DNA from: a virus
DNA: 64,000 nucleotides
Virus record (IMG/VR): IMGVR_UViG_3300026534_000102
Span: 1-64,000 of that record
Direction: 5' to 3' (one strand)
This document shows, one piece after another, positions 18,827-25,913 of the stretch. Position 1 is the first letter of the stretch. Each line of letters begins with the position of its first letter. The notes under the pieces are model-generated. The model searched no databases. It was not told the origin of the DNA and was given only the letters and a program-made list of their open reading frames with translations. Both the position numbers and the translations under genes were made by a program.

Positions 18827-18902
18827 TGGAGCCCCCGACAGGAATCGAACCCGTGACATCCTCATTACAAGTGAGGTGCTCTTCCAGCTGAGCTACGGAG
18901 GC
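18827..18902 (-). tRNA. tRNA-Thr(TGT)
   Basis: CCTCA-CTTGTAA-TGAGG; CCA encoded. Confidence 0.93.
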
Positions 18903-18981
18903 TTTTACTAATAAACTGGTTAGATAATTGGTGGGCTCTTCCCAATAACCATATTTAATTTTTTTTTGTGCCTAATCTTTA

Positions 18982-19460
18982 TTAGACACAAACCCCTCTG
19001 CCCCAAAGTTTAAACTCTTCAAATGTAAACATTAATACATCTTTATATAAGATTCCTTCACATCTAGATTTTAACCATGCTTTTGCACCGTGTTTATAAC
19101 CCTCCCCTTCAACTATAAGAATAACAATCCTTTCTTCAAACGCTAATGCGGTCTCAAAAAAATAAGGTAATTTTTCATCAACTGATCCTGCCACATTTTG
19201 AAAACGACATTCTATTCTAATATCTTTTTTACCATCTAGAGTTAAAACGAATTCTCCTCTACCATTACCTCCATATATTGTAATGTAAGGAACATTTTTT
19301 AATAGTAGTCCTTTGATTAATAACGGAAACTGTATACGATCGTGCACCCAATCAGAAAACATAATTGAGGTAATACCATGCTCCACAAAAAAAAGTCTCA
19401 ACCTTGTCTTCAAGCATTTTGCCTGCTTTGTTTTGCTAACTGTCCTTGATTCATTTCCAT
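18982..19460 (-). pseudogene. PD-(D/E)XK endonuclease with two apparent single-base insertions near the 5' end
   Basis: IEC.FQ..AGSVDEKLPY motif; the N-terminus is restored by deleting one base in each of two homopolymers. Confidence 0.65.
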
Positions 19461-19487
19461 TAATCTTCCCTTTTTTAAAAAATTAAA

Positions 19488-20288
19488 TTAATTATACACT
19501 ACTAACACTTCCTCTACCTTTCCTCTGCCGCTTGCCTTCGCACTTATAAATCTGTTTATAAACTTTCTATGACTACAATCACCATTTTTATACAATTCTT
19601 CAGTAATCTGAGGAATCCAATGATTTGATATTAATACCTTACATTCACTTGCCTCAGCACAAGCTACTAATTTCTTTTGGTGGTCAAAAGTAAATATTTT
19701 ATCAACATAACTGGTAAAATAAGAACTTGCACCTAAAGGTATATAAGGTGGATCACAATAAAAAACATCACCTTTCTGTTCACGATTAAATGTTTCTTCA
19801 AAATCACAACAAAGGAACTCAAACTTTTTTGCTTTCTTATGGAAAACCAACATCTCTTTATCTGGAAAGTAGACTGATTTGTATTTTCCAAAAGGCACAT
19901 TAAATTTACCGCTTAAATTATATCTACACAACCCATTAAAAGCATGACGATTTAAATAAAGAAATAAAGCAGCACGTTCTGTATTAAATGTTAATGAGTT
20001 GAATGTATCACGCCTACTGTAATAAACAGATTTATTATTTCCGTCTATGAAAAATTTTTGACAATAAGCAATAAAATCTGTTCCATTATTTTTTATATTC
20101 TCAAATAAATTAATTAAATCTTGGTTACAATCCGCCAATAAATAACTATCAGCATCAATATTTAATGACATTACCCCCGAACCCACAAATGGTTCAACAA
20201 ACCGTACTATTTTTTTTGGGAGTACTTCTTTGATAAAATCAATACTTTGTGTTTTACCACCAGCCCATTTTAAAAAAGACTTATTCAT
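19488..20288 (-). CDS. dam: Dam-family DNA adenine methyltransferase
   Basis: FLKWAGGK, FVEPFVGSG, FNGLCRYN.SG.FNVPFG.Y, YCDPPY. Confidence 0.95.
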   Translation of the reverse strand: MNKSFLKWAGGKTQSIDFIKEVLPKKIVRFVEPFVGSGVMSLNIDADSYLLADCNQDLINLFENIKNNGTDFIAYCQKFFIDGNNKSVYYSRRDTFNSLTFNTERAALFLYLNRHAFNGLCRYNLSGKFNVPFGKYKSVYFPDKEMLVFHKKAKKFEFLCCDFEETFNREQKGDVFYCDPPYIPLGASSYFTSYVDKIFTFDHQKKLVACAEASECKVLISNHWIPQITEELYKNGDCSHRKFINRFISAKASGRGKVEEVLVVYN

Positions 20289-20353
20289 AACATAAACTTT
20301 TGGTTCTTCGTATTAATAGTATAATACAGCTTAAAGAGTTGTCAGCCTTTTAT

Positions 20354-20444
20354 TGGCGGAAAGGGTGGGATTTGAACCCACGAACCGTTTTCACGATTGC
20401 TTCCTTAGCAGGGAAGTGCCTTCAGCCAACTCGGCCACCTTTCC
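20354..20444 (-). tRNA. tRNA-Ser(GCT)
   Basis: CTTCC-CTGCTAA-GGAAG; long variable arm. Confidence 0.93.
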
Positions 20445-20450
20445 ATATTG

Positions 20451-20533
20451 TGCCCAGGGTGAGAGTTGAACTCACATGTCTTAAAGACATCGGTTTTTGA
20501 GACCGACGTGTATACCAGTTCCACCACCTAGGC
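20451..20533 (-). tRNA. tRNA-Leu(CAA)
   Basis: TCGGT-CTCAAAA-ACCGA; variable arm. Confidence 0.9.
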
Positions 20534-20535
20534 AT

Positions 20536-20611
20536 TGGTGCCAGATCCTAGACTTGAACTAGGGACCACACGATTATCGGTCGTGGGCTCTACCAACTGA
20601 GCTAATCTGGC
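20536..20611 (-). tRNA. tRNA-Ile(GAT) with C33
   Basis: CACGA-CCGATAA-TCGTG; ACCA end. Confidence 0.88.
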
Positions 20612-20851
20612 TTATTCAAACCATGTTACAATGTATCCTTTATTATTTAAATCAAACATGCGACCGATCTGATATTTAAGACTGTATTCATCAAGCACAC
20701 TTATGACTATAGCTTGCATACTCCTACTGTTCCCGGTTATTATCTCAGCTTCTAAACCAGACCCCCAGTTATTTTCTATAAATCTGATAACCGCATAACG
20801 TGCATCTTCATGTCGTACTTTGTGAAGATCAATTGTCGGAATTACTATCAC
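20612..20851 (-). CDS. stand-alone Smr-domain protein
   Basis: IDLH.....A......FI......EIITGNS. Confidence 0.75.
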   Translation of the reverse strand: MIVIPTIDLHKVRHEDARYAVIRFIENNWGSGLEAEIITGNSRSMQAIVISVLDEYSLKYQIGRMFDLNNKGYIVTWFE

Positions 20852-21008
20852 TCAACACCTCTATAAGGTCTAGATTTTTTCCTCCCGCTCGCATATATAC
20901 ATCACCGCCATCAATAAATGTTTCATTATCACAGTTACAAGAAACAAAATCATGTATACGTTTAGATTCTAGTATGGTACCGCACTGCTTACATTTTATC
21001 TTACTCAT
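20829..21008 (-). CDS. small Cys-rich phage protein (59 aa, not in the ORF track)
   Basis: MSKIKCKQCGTILES...HDFVSCNC....IDGG..Y.R. Confidence 0.7.
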   Translation of the reverse strand: MSKIKCKQCGTILESKRIHDFVSCNCDNETFIDGGDVYMRAGGKNLDLIEVLSDSNSDN

Positions 21009-21021
21009 AATTTATCCCTTG

Positions 21022-21090
21022 CGGGCCAGCGAGGATTTGAACCCCGTCCTAGAGTTTTGGAGACTCTTTGGTCACCATGACCTCTGACCC
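21022..21090 (-). tRNA. tRNA-Trp(CCA), short D-arm
   Basis: AGAGT-CTCCAAA-ACTCT; GGTTCAAATCC. Confidence 0.8.
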
Positions 21091-21094
21091 TATT

Positions 21095-21265
21095 TTAAAT
21101 ATTCTCGGATTGAATTTTAATCTTAACTATATAAGACCTATTACATCTTGGACAATACGCTTGGTATACTTCATTATCAATTTTTTTATCAAAAGTTATA
21201 GTAACCTTGCACCTATGACAACTAAAGTTTCTCAATATTTCAATTTCATTCTTTTTCCACTCCAT
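21095..21265 (-). CDS. small zinc-ribbon protein (real start MEWKK)
   Basis: SD AAGGAG; CHRC...CPRC; the upstream part of the listed ORF overlaps tRNAs. Confidence 0.6.
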   Translation of the reverse strand: MEWKKNEIEILRNFSCHRCKVTITFDKKIDNEVYQAYCPRCNRSYIVKIKIQSENI

Positions 21266-21280
21266 ATAAAATTCTCCTTG

Positions 21281-21351
21281 CGGTCTGTAGGAGTATCGAT
21301 CTCCTGACTCCACCGTGACAGAGTGGCGTGATACCATTTCACCAACAGACC
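21281..21351 (-). tRNA. tRNA-Asp(GTC), atypical T-loop
   Basis: CCACT-CTGTCAC-GGTGG; T-loop ATCGATA. Confidence 0.85.
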
Positions 21352-21354
21352 CTG

Positions 21355-21426
21355 TGGTCGCTGCTGGATTTGAACCAGCGACATTCTGCTTGTAAGGCAG
21401 ACACTCTCCCACTGAGCTAAGCGACC
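21355..21426 (-). tRNA. tRNA-Val(TAC)
   Basis: TCTGC-CTTACAA-GCAGA. Confidence 0.92.
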
Positions 21427-21438
21427 TTGTGTATTTTT

Positions 21439-21495
21439 TGCAGGGGAAAGTTACGCCGCTTTCCCCTGCACGGCCAATAGCGGCGTCTACTGGCC
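21439..21495 (-). ncRNA. unassigned two-hairpin RNA with complementary (kissing) loops
   Basis: GGCCAGTAG-ACGCCG-CTATTGGCC G TGCAGGGGAAAG-CGGCGTAA-CTTTCCCCTGCA. Confidence 0.7.
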
Positions 21496-21504
21496 TAATA
21501 TTTG

Positions 21505-21577
21505 TGATACCGGGGAGAATTGAACTCACCATTTCCAGGTTGAAAGCCTGGTGTCCTAACCGTTAGACGACGGTACC
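21505..21577 (-). tRNA. tRNA-Glu(TTC)
   Basis: CCAGG-CTTTCAA-CCTGG. Confidence 0.9.
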
Positions 21578-21580
21578 GTG

Positions 21581-21662
21581 TGCTAGAGGAGAGATTCGAA
21601 CTCTCAAGCCTTACGGCACTGGTGTCTAAGACCAGCATGTATCCCAGTTCCATCACTCTAGC
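21581..21662 (-). tRNA. tRNA-Leu(TAG)
   Basis: CTGGT-CTTAGAC-ACCAG; variable arm GCC-GTAA-GGC. Confidence 0.92.
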
Positions 21663-21670
21663 TAAAGTAA

Positions 21671-21753
21671 GGTCGTAAGCAGGACTCACCGAAGATTCGC
21701 ATTCCATTCCCTCCTCGTGCCTAATACCAGTGGGTTTGTGGTTACTTACGACC
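21671..21753 (-). ncRNA. unassigned tRNA-sized structured RNA
   Basis: 11-bp closing stem GGTCGTAAGTA/TGCTTACGACC; inner stem CGAGGA/TCTTCG. Confidence 0.5.
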
Positions 21754-21757
21754 GAAG

Positions 21758-21857
21758 AATTGTGGGTACCAAACCTCACGATGCCAAGGGCTGATTTCTC
21801 AGATGTTTCCTTTATCTCAGAAGCGCTTCCCTCGGCCCCGATTCGAACAGGTTAACT
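21758..21857 (-). ncRNA. permuted tRNA-like (YrlA-like) RNA candidate
   Basis: T-arm CCTG-TTCGAAT-CGGG first, then closed stem GCCGAGGG/CCCTTGGC, then D-like GGT-TTGGT-ACC. Confidence 0.5.
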
Positions 21858-21867
21858 TGTTATTAAG

Positions 21868-21940
21868 AGGCGGTGACAGGAGTTGAACCCGTTATGAACT
21901 GGTTTGCAACCAGTCGCCTTTCCACATTGGCCACACCGCC
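21868..21940 (-). tRNA. tRNA-Cys(GCA)
   Basis: ACTGG-TTGCAAA-CCAGT; U73. Confidence 0.92.
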
Positions 21941-21949
21941 TACCTTATA

Positions 21950-22243
21950 TTAATAACAGCGCAAAAAGTATCTACTAGAATTTCTACGCATCATTCCAGG
22001 ATAAATATAATACTTCATTCTGTGTTGATAATGCATCATGTGACCGTATTGATTTTGAAGTATTCTGTTGTTATGCTGAGGCCAGTATTCATTCTTCCAA
22101 TAACTGCTGTGATGATCAAGGAAAGTATTATGCTCAGTATAACTATCAAACCCTTTACTTTTATATATTCCATCAGCATTAACAAGCACAGGTATCGAAC
22201 CAATAAACAACAATATGCTTAGTATTAAAATTATTTTTTTCAT
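21950..22243 (-). CDS. small secreted His/Tyr-rich hypothetical protein
   Basis: signal peptide MKKIILILSILL. Confidence 0.6.
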   Translation of the reverse strand: MKKIILILSILLFIGSIPVLVNADGIYKSKGFDSYTEHNTFLDHHSSYWKNEYWPQHNNRILQNQYGHMMHYQHRMKYYIYPGMMRRNSSRYFLRCY

Positions 22244-22482
22244 TTTATTTTTCCTTTTAATTCTTTAGTTAAAACCTCATATAGTAACTCTATCGCACCA
22301 CGATTTCTATCAAATTTTTTGATAATACCTGTTGAGTCATCACTTAAGGAATCGGTGTGTATTTTATATTTATATTTTCCAATAGAATCATTGCCGCCTA
22401 TATTAGCCACCTCTATTGTTCCTATAGTTCGTTTACAAGACTCCATCCCAAACGGTATTATTTCCGCAGTAAATCTTAGCAT
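22240..22482 (-). CDS. hypothetical protein (real start MLRF)
   Basis: SD AAGGAG; the listed upstream extension overlaps a tRNA. Confidence 0.65.
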   Translation of the reverse strand: MLRFTAEIIPFGMESCKRTIGTIEVANIGGNDSIGKYKYKIHTDSLSDDSTGIIKKFDRNRGAIELLYEVLTKELKGKIK

Positions 22483-22494
22483 TTTAATTCTCCT

Positions 22495-22564
22495 TTGCGG
22501 AGGTGGGAGTCGAACCCACGAAGGCAGGCGTATGAGACCTGCTTGAATGCCCATTCTCTCCGCT
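22495..22564 (-). tRNA. tRNA with CAT anticodon (Met/fMet-like, 1:72 mismatch, short D-arm)
   Basis: CAGGT-CTCATAC-GCCTG; GTGGG-TTCGACT-CCCAC. Confidence 0.78.
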
Positions 22565-22569
22565 ATAAA

Positions 22570-22935
22570 TTATCTCGTATCCATTGGAACAGCGTAATTA
22601 TGCTCCAAAATAACCGAATTAACAGACAGATCTAAATCATTGTTTTTAGAATCGTGGTAATCTGCAGGCAAATATATATCTCCCAACCACCTACCCCACT
22701 TTTCTTTTCTATCTTTATGGGTAACTACAACTATATCTTTACCTAAAACAAGTTTCCTAAGAAAATCGCGTGATTTAATCCCATCATCATGCTCTTCTCC
22801 TCGCAATTCAGGAGCATCAATTCTCGCTAATCTAATCTTCTGACCTCGAACCCACACTCCCAATCCTAAGTCTATATCTACAGTAATAGTATCCCCATCA
22901 TAAACCTTAGTAACATGTGCATTATAAGTGTACAT
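22570..22935 (-). CDS. thermonuclease (SNase-like)
   Basis: VYDGDT, IRLARIDAPE, KWGRWL, SVN. Confidence 0.9.
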   Translation of the reverse strand: MYTYNAHVTKVYDGDTITVDIDLGLGVWVRGQKIRLARIDAPELRGEEHDDGIKSRDFLRKLVLGKDIVVVTHKDRKEKWGRWLGDIYLPADYHDSKNNDLDLSVNSVILEHNYAVPMDTR

Positions 22936-22956
22936 TTTTAATTCTCCTTATTTATA

Positions 22957-22984
22957 ACTATAAGCACTAAATCTTATTTGTCAA
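22957..22984 (-). promoter_or_regulatory. promoter, repeated motif
   Basis: TTGACAAATAAGATTTAGTGCTTATAGT. Confidence 0.7.
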
Positions 22985-22994
22985 CTTATTTTTT

Positions 22995-23084
22995 TGGCGG
23001 AGGAGGTAGGATTCGAACCCACGGGGCTTGTTACACCTCACTGGTTTTCAAGACCAGCGCCTTAAACCACTCGGCCACTCCTCC
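22995..23084 (-). tRNA. tRNA-Ser(TGA)
   Basis: CTGGT-CTTGAAA-ACCAG; long variable arm; GCCA. Confidence 0.94.
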
Positions 23085-23099
23085 CCATTTATTATAATA

Positions 23100-24218
23100 T
23101 TAATGATGCACAATTATTGATTCAACACTTCTATTTTTCTGACGACCAGCATCAGTATCATTAGGAGCCAAAGGAGAGCTTTCTCCCAAAGGATCAATAA
23201 TAATACGATGCGCTCCAATACCCGCCTCTACTAGATATTTCTTTACAGCCTCGGCACGGCGTTTTGATAGTTCTAAATTATACTCAGCTGCGCCAACACT
23301 ATCAGCACGACCTTCTAATTTTAAATCTAATTCTCGATTAACAGACATAACTAGCGCCACATCATTTAAAATTGGATAGAATTCTGGCTTCACTTTATCA
23401 TTATCAAAATCAAATAGTGTAAGCTTAATAACCCAACAACCCTTTTCGTCCACCTTGGCTCCAATAGGAGTGTTAGGACACTGATCAGATGGATTCAACA
23501 CGCCGTCTTTATCGGCATCGCCAGCCGGTTTTAAAAATACAGATTTAATAAAATCACCCACATTAAAATTATCCATAGTTCTAGAAAAACCACAAATACC
23601 CGCTTTAGCCACATTATTAATTTCTCGTTGTCCAAATTTAGATGTACCAACAAAAATAGTATAAACACATAAATCTGGTCCCATTTCTTTCTTTAGTAAC
23701 TTCAATGCAGGAATAGCTTTTTCAATATATTCACCATCACTGATGATCACAAGAGCGGTTGTTCCCGGCAGACTCTTAATATCTTTTCTAAGTCCCAAAA
23801 TAGCTGCCGCTAAATCACTTGTGCCTCCTGTGCCTTTTATAGCATCTAATGCTAAATTAAACTTTTTTCGTGAATGAACCGGTGATAAATAATGTAATTT
23901 AGTAGAATTCCAGTCAAATAAACTCTGTCTTCCAAAAGTTCGTAAGGCACTCCCAAATCCCATGTCCATAGGAAGTGTGTTATTAAGGCCTCCGGCAACC
24001 ATTTTGGCTACCATAAACCGTGTGGTTTTCTTTGTATAAGCCTTTCCCATAGAACTGGAAGCATCTAGAATAACATACATATTGTTAAAATTACGCTCAT
24101 ATAGCTTACTATTTAAATATACACTTTTATAAAGGTTTTTATCAATAGTTTTATGAACAGGCGCGCAACCCACAGCCAATAGCGTCATTAGAAAAAAAAA
24201 TGCTATTTTTTTTACCAT
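23100..24218 (-). CDS. lipoprotein with vWA, TSP3-like and OmpA domains
   Basis: lipobox AVGC; ILDASSSM (MIDAS), IISDG; DADKDGV...DQCPNTP; FDFD...G.ADSVG...YN.ELS.RRA. Confidence 0.9.
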   Translation of the reverse strand: MVKKIAFFFLMTLLAVGCAPVHKTIDKNLYKSVYLNSKLYERNFNNMYVILDASSSMGKAYTKKTTRFMVAKMVAGGLNNTLPMDMGFGSALRTFGRQSLFDWNSTKLHYLSPVHSRKKFNLALDAIKGTGGTSDLAAAILGLRKDIKSLPGTTALVIISDGEYIEKAIPALKLLKKEMGPDLCVYTIFVGTSKFGQREINNVAKAGICGFSRTMDNFNVGDFIKSVFLKPAGDADKDGVLNPSDQCPNTPIGAKVDEKGCWVIKLTLFDFDNDKVKPEFYPILNDVALVMSVNRELDLKLEGRADSVGAAEYNLELSKRRAEAVKKYLVEAGIGAHRIIIDPLGESSPLAPNDTDAGRQKNRSVESIIVHH

Positions 24219-24658
24219 AATATTTGATCTCCTTTCTTATTAGTAGTGCTTTGTATTTTCTGTATCGATGCCGACATAACCCAAAAATCAGTATCATTAA
24301 TAGTACTTTTCAAATGGACAAAAGTCTGTGACGAATTAAATTTAGATATTCTTGTGTCAAGTATAATGAACCTCCCACCAGTGGGAAGTTTTAACAAGAA
24401 ACCCTGAGATTGTAATTCAGATGTAAGTTTAATTAGTATTCTAGGATCATCTGTTACTACTTGTTTGCATAAGACCAAAAATTCTAAAACATCAACATCT
24501 TCAGATAGATAACCATTAGAAATGGTTCTATACACAGTACTGCTCTTTCTATGAAAAAGAGACTTTACATCCACAGTTGTAAGTACACCCCCCGCTACAA
24601 TACCGATAACAAAAAACAAAAGCAGTGTTGGTAAAGCACGTTTAATAATCATGACCAT
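24212..24658 (-). CDS. membrane-anchored hypothetical protein
   Basis: N-terminal TM helix. Confidence 0.6.
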   Translation of the reverse strand: MVMIIKRALPTLLLFFVIGIVAGGVLTTVDVKSLFHRKSSTVYRTISNGYLSEDVDVLEFLVLCKQVVTDDPRILIKLTSELQSQGFLLKLPTGGRFIILDTRISKFNSSQTFVHLKSTINDTDFWVMSASIQKIQSTTNKKGDQILW

Positions 24659-25140
24659 AACTCATCTAAAACAAATTGTAATCCAGACCTTTTTAATTTT
24701 TTCTTCAAAAACTCTACTAAAGATGGGTTACGGGGGGATATATCGGGTTTTATATCACACCTATCGCCCTTTTTATTATTACAAGTTTTACAAGCTACAA
24801 CACAGTTTTCGAAAGTTGATCTACCGCCGCAAGCTTTGGGCAACACATGGTCAATAGTTAAGTCTTGTGTGCTTCCACAGTATTGACATGTGAAATTATC
24901 TCTAATGTACACATTTTTATATGAAAAAGGAACATTTTTACTCAACATCCCTTTCACAAATTTAAGTAGTCTAATGACCAATGGTACTTTAACCACAATT
25001 GATCTATCTACATTAGCTATCTCCTTGTCACTCTTACGTAAGCTTTCCGCTTTTTTCGTGATAATGTATGTAACGGCTTTTTTCCAAGAAACGGTGTTTA
25101 AATATGTATAATCCAAATTAAGAACGATTACGTTATTCAT
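24649..25140 (-). CDS. HNH endonuclease
   Basis: NVYIRD.FTCQYCG....LTIDHV.P...GG..TFEN.V.AC..CN.KK. Confidence 0.92.
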   Translation of the reverse strand: MNNVIVLNLDYTYLNTVSWKKAVTYIITKKAESLRKSDKEIANVDRSIVVKVPLVIRLLKFVKGMLSKNVPFSYKNVYIRDNFTCQYCGSTQDLTIDHVLPKACGGRSTFENCVVACKTCNNKKGDRCDIKPDISPRNPSLVEFLKKKLKRSGLQFVLDELWS

Positions 25141-25155
25141 CTATCTAATCCTCAA

Positions 25156-25329
25156 TCATTCAGTAGGTTTATTTTCTACAACTTGGCTAGAAGAGTCTGC
25201 GGGCTCTGATGGGTGCTTCTTAAACTTTGACATGATTTTATTCCAAAGCGATTTAACCCAAACTGGTTGAGGTAGAATATTCCAACCTATTATAAGACCT
25301 ACTATAAAACCAAAAATTAATTTACCCAT
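25156..25329 (-). CDS. small membrane protein (57 aa, not in the ORF track)
   Basis: MGKLIFGFIVGLIIGWNILPQP; SD GGAGG. Confidence 0.65.
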   Translation of the reverse strand: MGKLIFGFIVGLIIGWNILPQPVWVKSLWNKIMSKFKKHPSEPADSSSQVVENKPTE

Positions 25330-25904
25330 TATATACTTCCTCCTTTTATTATATGTAATGCTAAAGTAAAATCCTCAACAATTCTATCATAGTGTATATG
25401 CTTAGTACCACCGTTTCGTACAAAATACGAGGGGTGGTAGGTTGCTAACAAACTGATACTGTGTGTATATTGATATAATTTATTCCTCATTTTAAACATA
25501 GGTGTATTTAAAGGTTTGTTTAATAACGCCCTTGATGCGTCCGCCCCTAAACTTATTAACAATTTAGGGTTTACAATAGTTATTTCAGCAATAAAATAAG
25601 AAATACATGCAGCAATCCAACTATCTTTCAATGGAGTACCAGGAGCTACAAAACATTTAACAATATTAGTAATATAAACATCATCTAAAGATAATCCTGC
25701 ATCACTTAATACTCCATCCAATAACTGACCAGACTTTCCAACAAAAGGAACACCCTTTTCATTTTCTTTAGGGCCAGGACACATTCCACAAATAATAATA
25801 TCTGCTTTAGGATTTCCTTTTGAAAACACTGGAACGTTTCTATTTTTATATAGGTCGCATTGACAGCATGTACTAGCAGCATCGACCAATTCTTGAAATT
25901 CCAT
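25329..25904 (-). CDS. uracil-DNA glycosylase, family 4
   Basis: C..C.L, GMCPG..E...G.PFVG.SG, YITNIVKC, TYHPSY. Confidence 0.92.
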   Translation of the reverse strand: MEFQELVDAASTCCQCDLYKNRNVPVFSKGNPKADIIICGMCPGPKENEKGVPFVGKSGQLLDGVLSDAGLSLDDVYITNIVKCFVAPGTPLKDSWIAACISYFIAEITIVNPKLLISLGADASRALLNKPLNTPMFKMRNKLYQYTHSISLLATYHPSYFVRNGGTKHIHYDRIVEDFTLALHIIKGGSI

Positions 25905-25913
25905 TTTAACCCT

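Noticed and set aside
18700-18980. A true CRISPR array or mini-array
   Set aside because: I found only one repeat. Other GTTTCAAT/ATTGAAAC matches (for example near 2221, 16775, 38863, 54002) lie inside genes and lack the hairpin.
21433-21470. 12-bp hairpin as an intrinsic terminator
   Set aside because: The U-tract is on the wrong side for either strand, and loop complementarity to the neighbouring hairpin explains it better.
21671-21753. SRP (4.5S) RNA or tRNA-Sec
   Set aside because: It lacks the CAGG...GGAA...GCAGC helix-8 motif and has no T-loop or TCA anticodon.
21266-21779. ORF 21495-21779 and the 5' part of ORF 21095-21532
   Set aside because: They run through tRNA-Asp, -Val, -Glu and -Leu and the structured RNAs.
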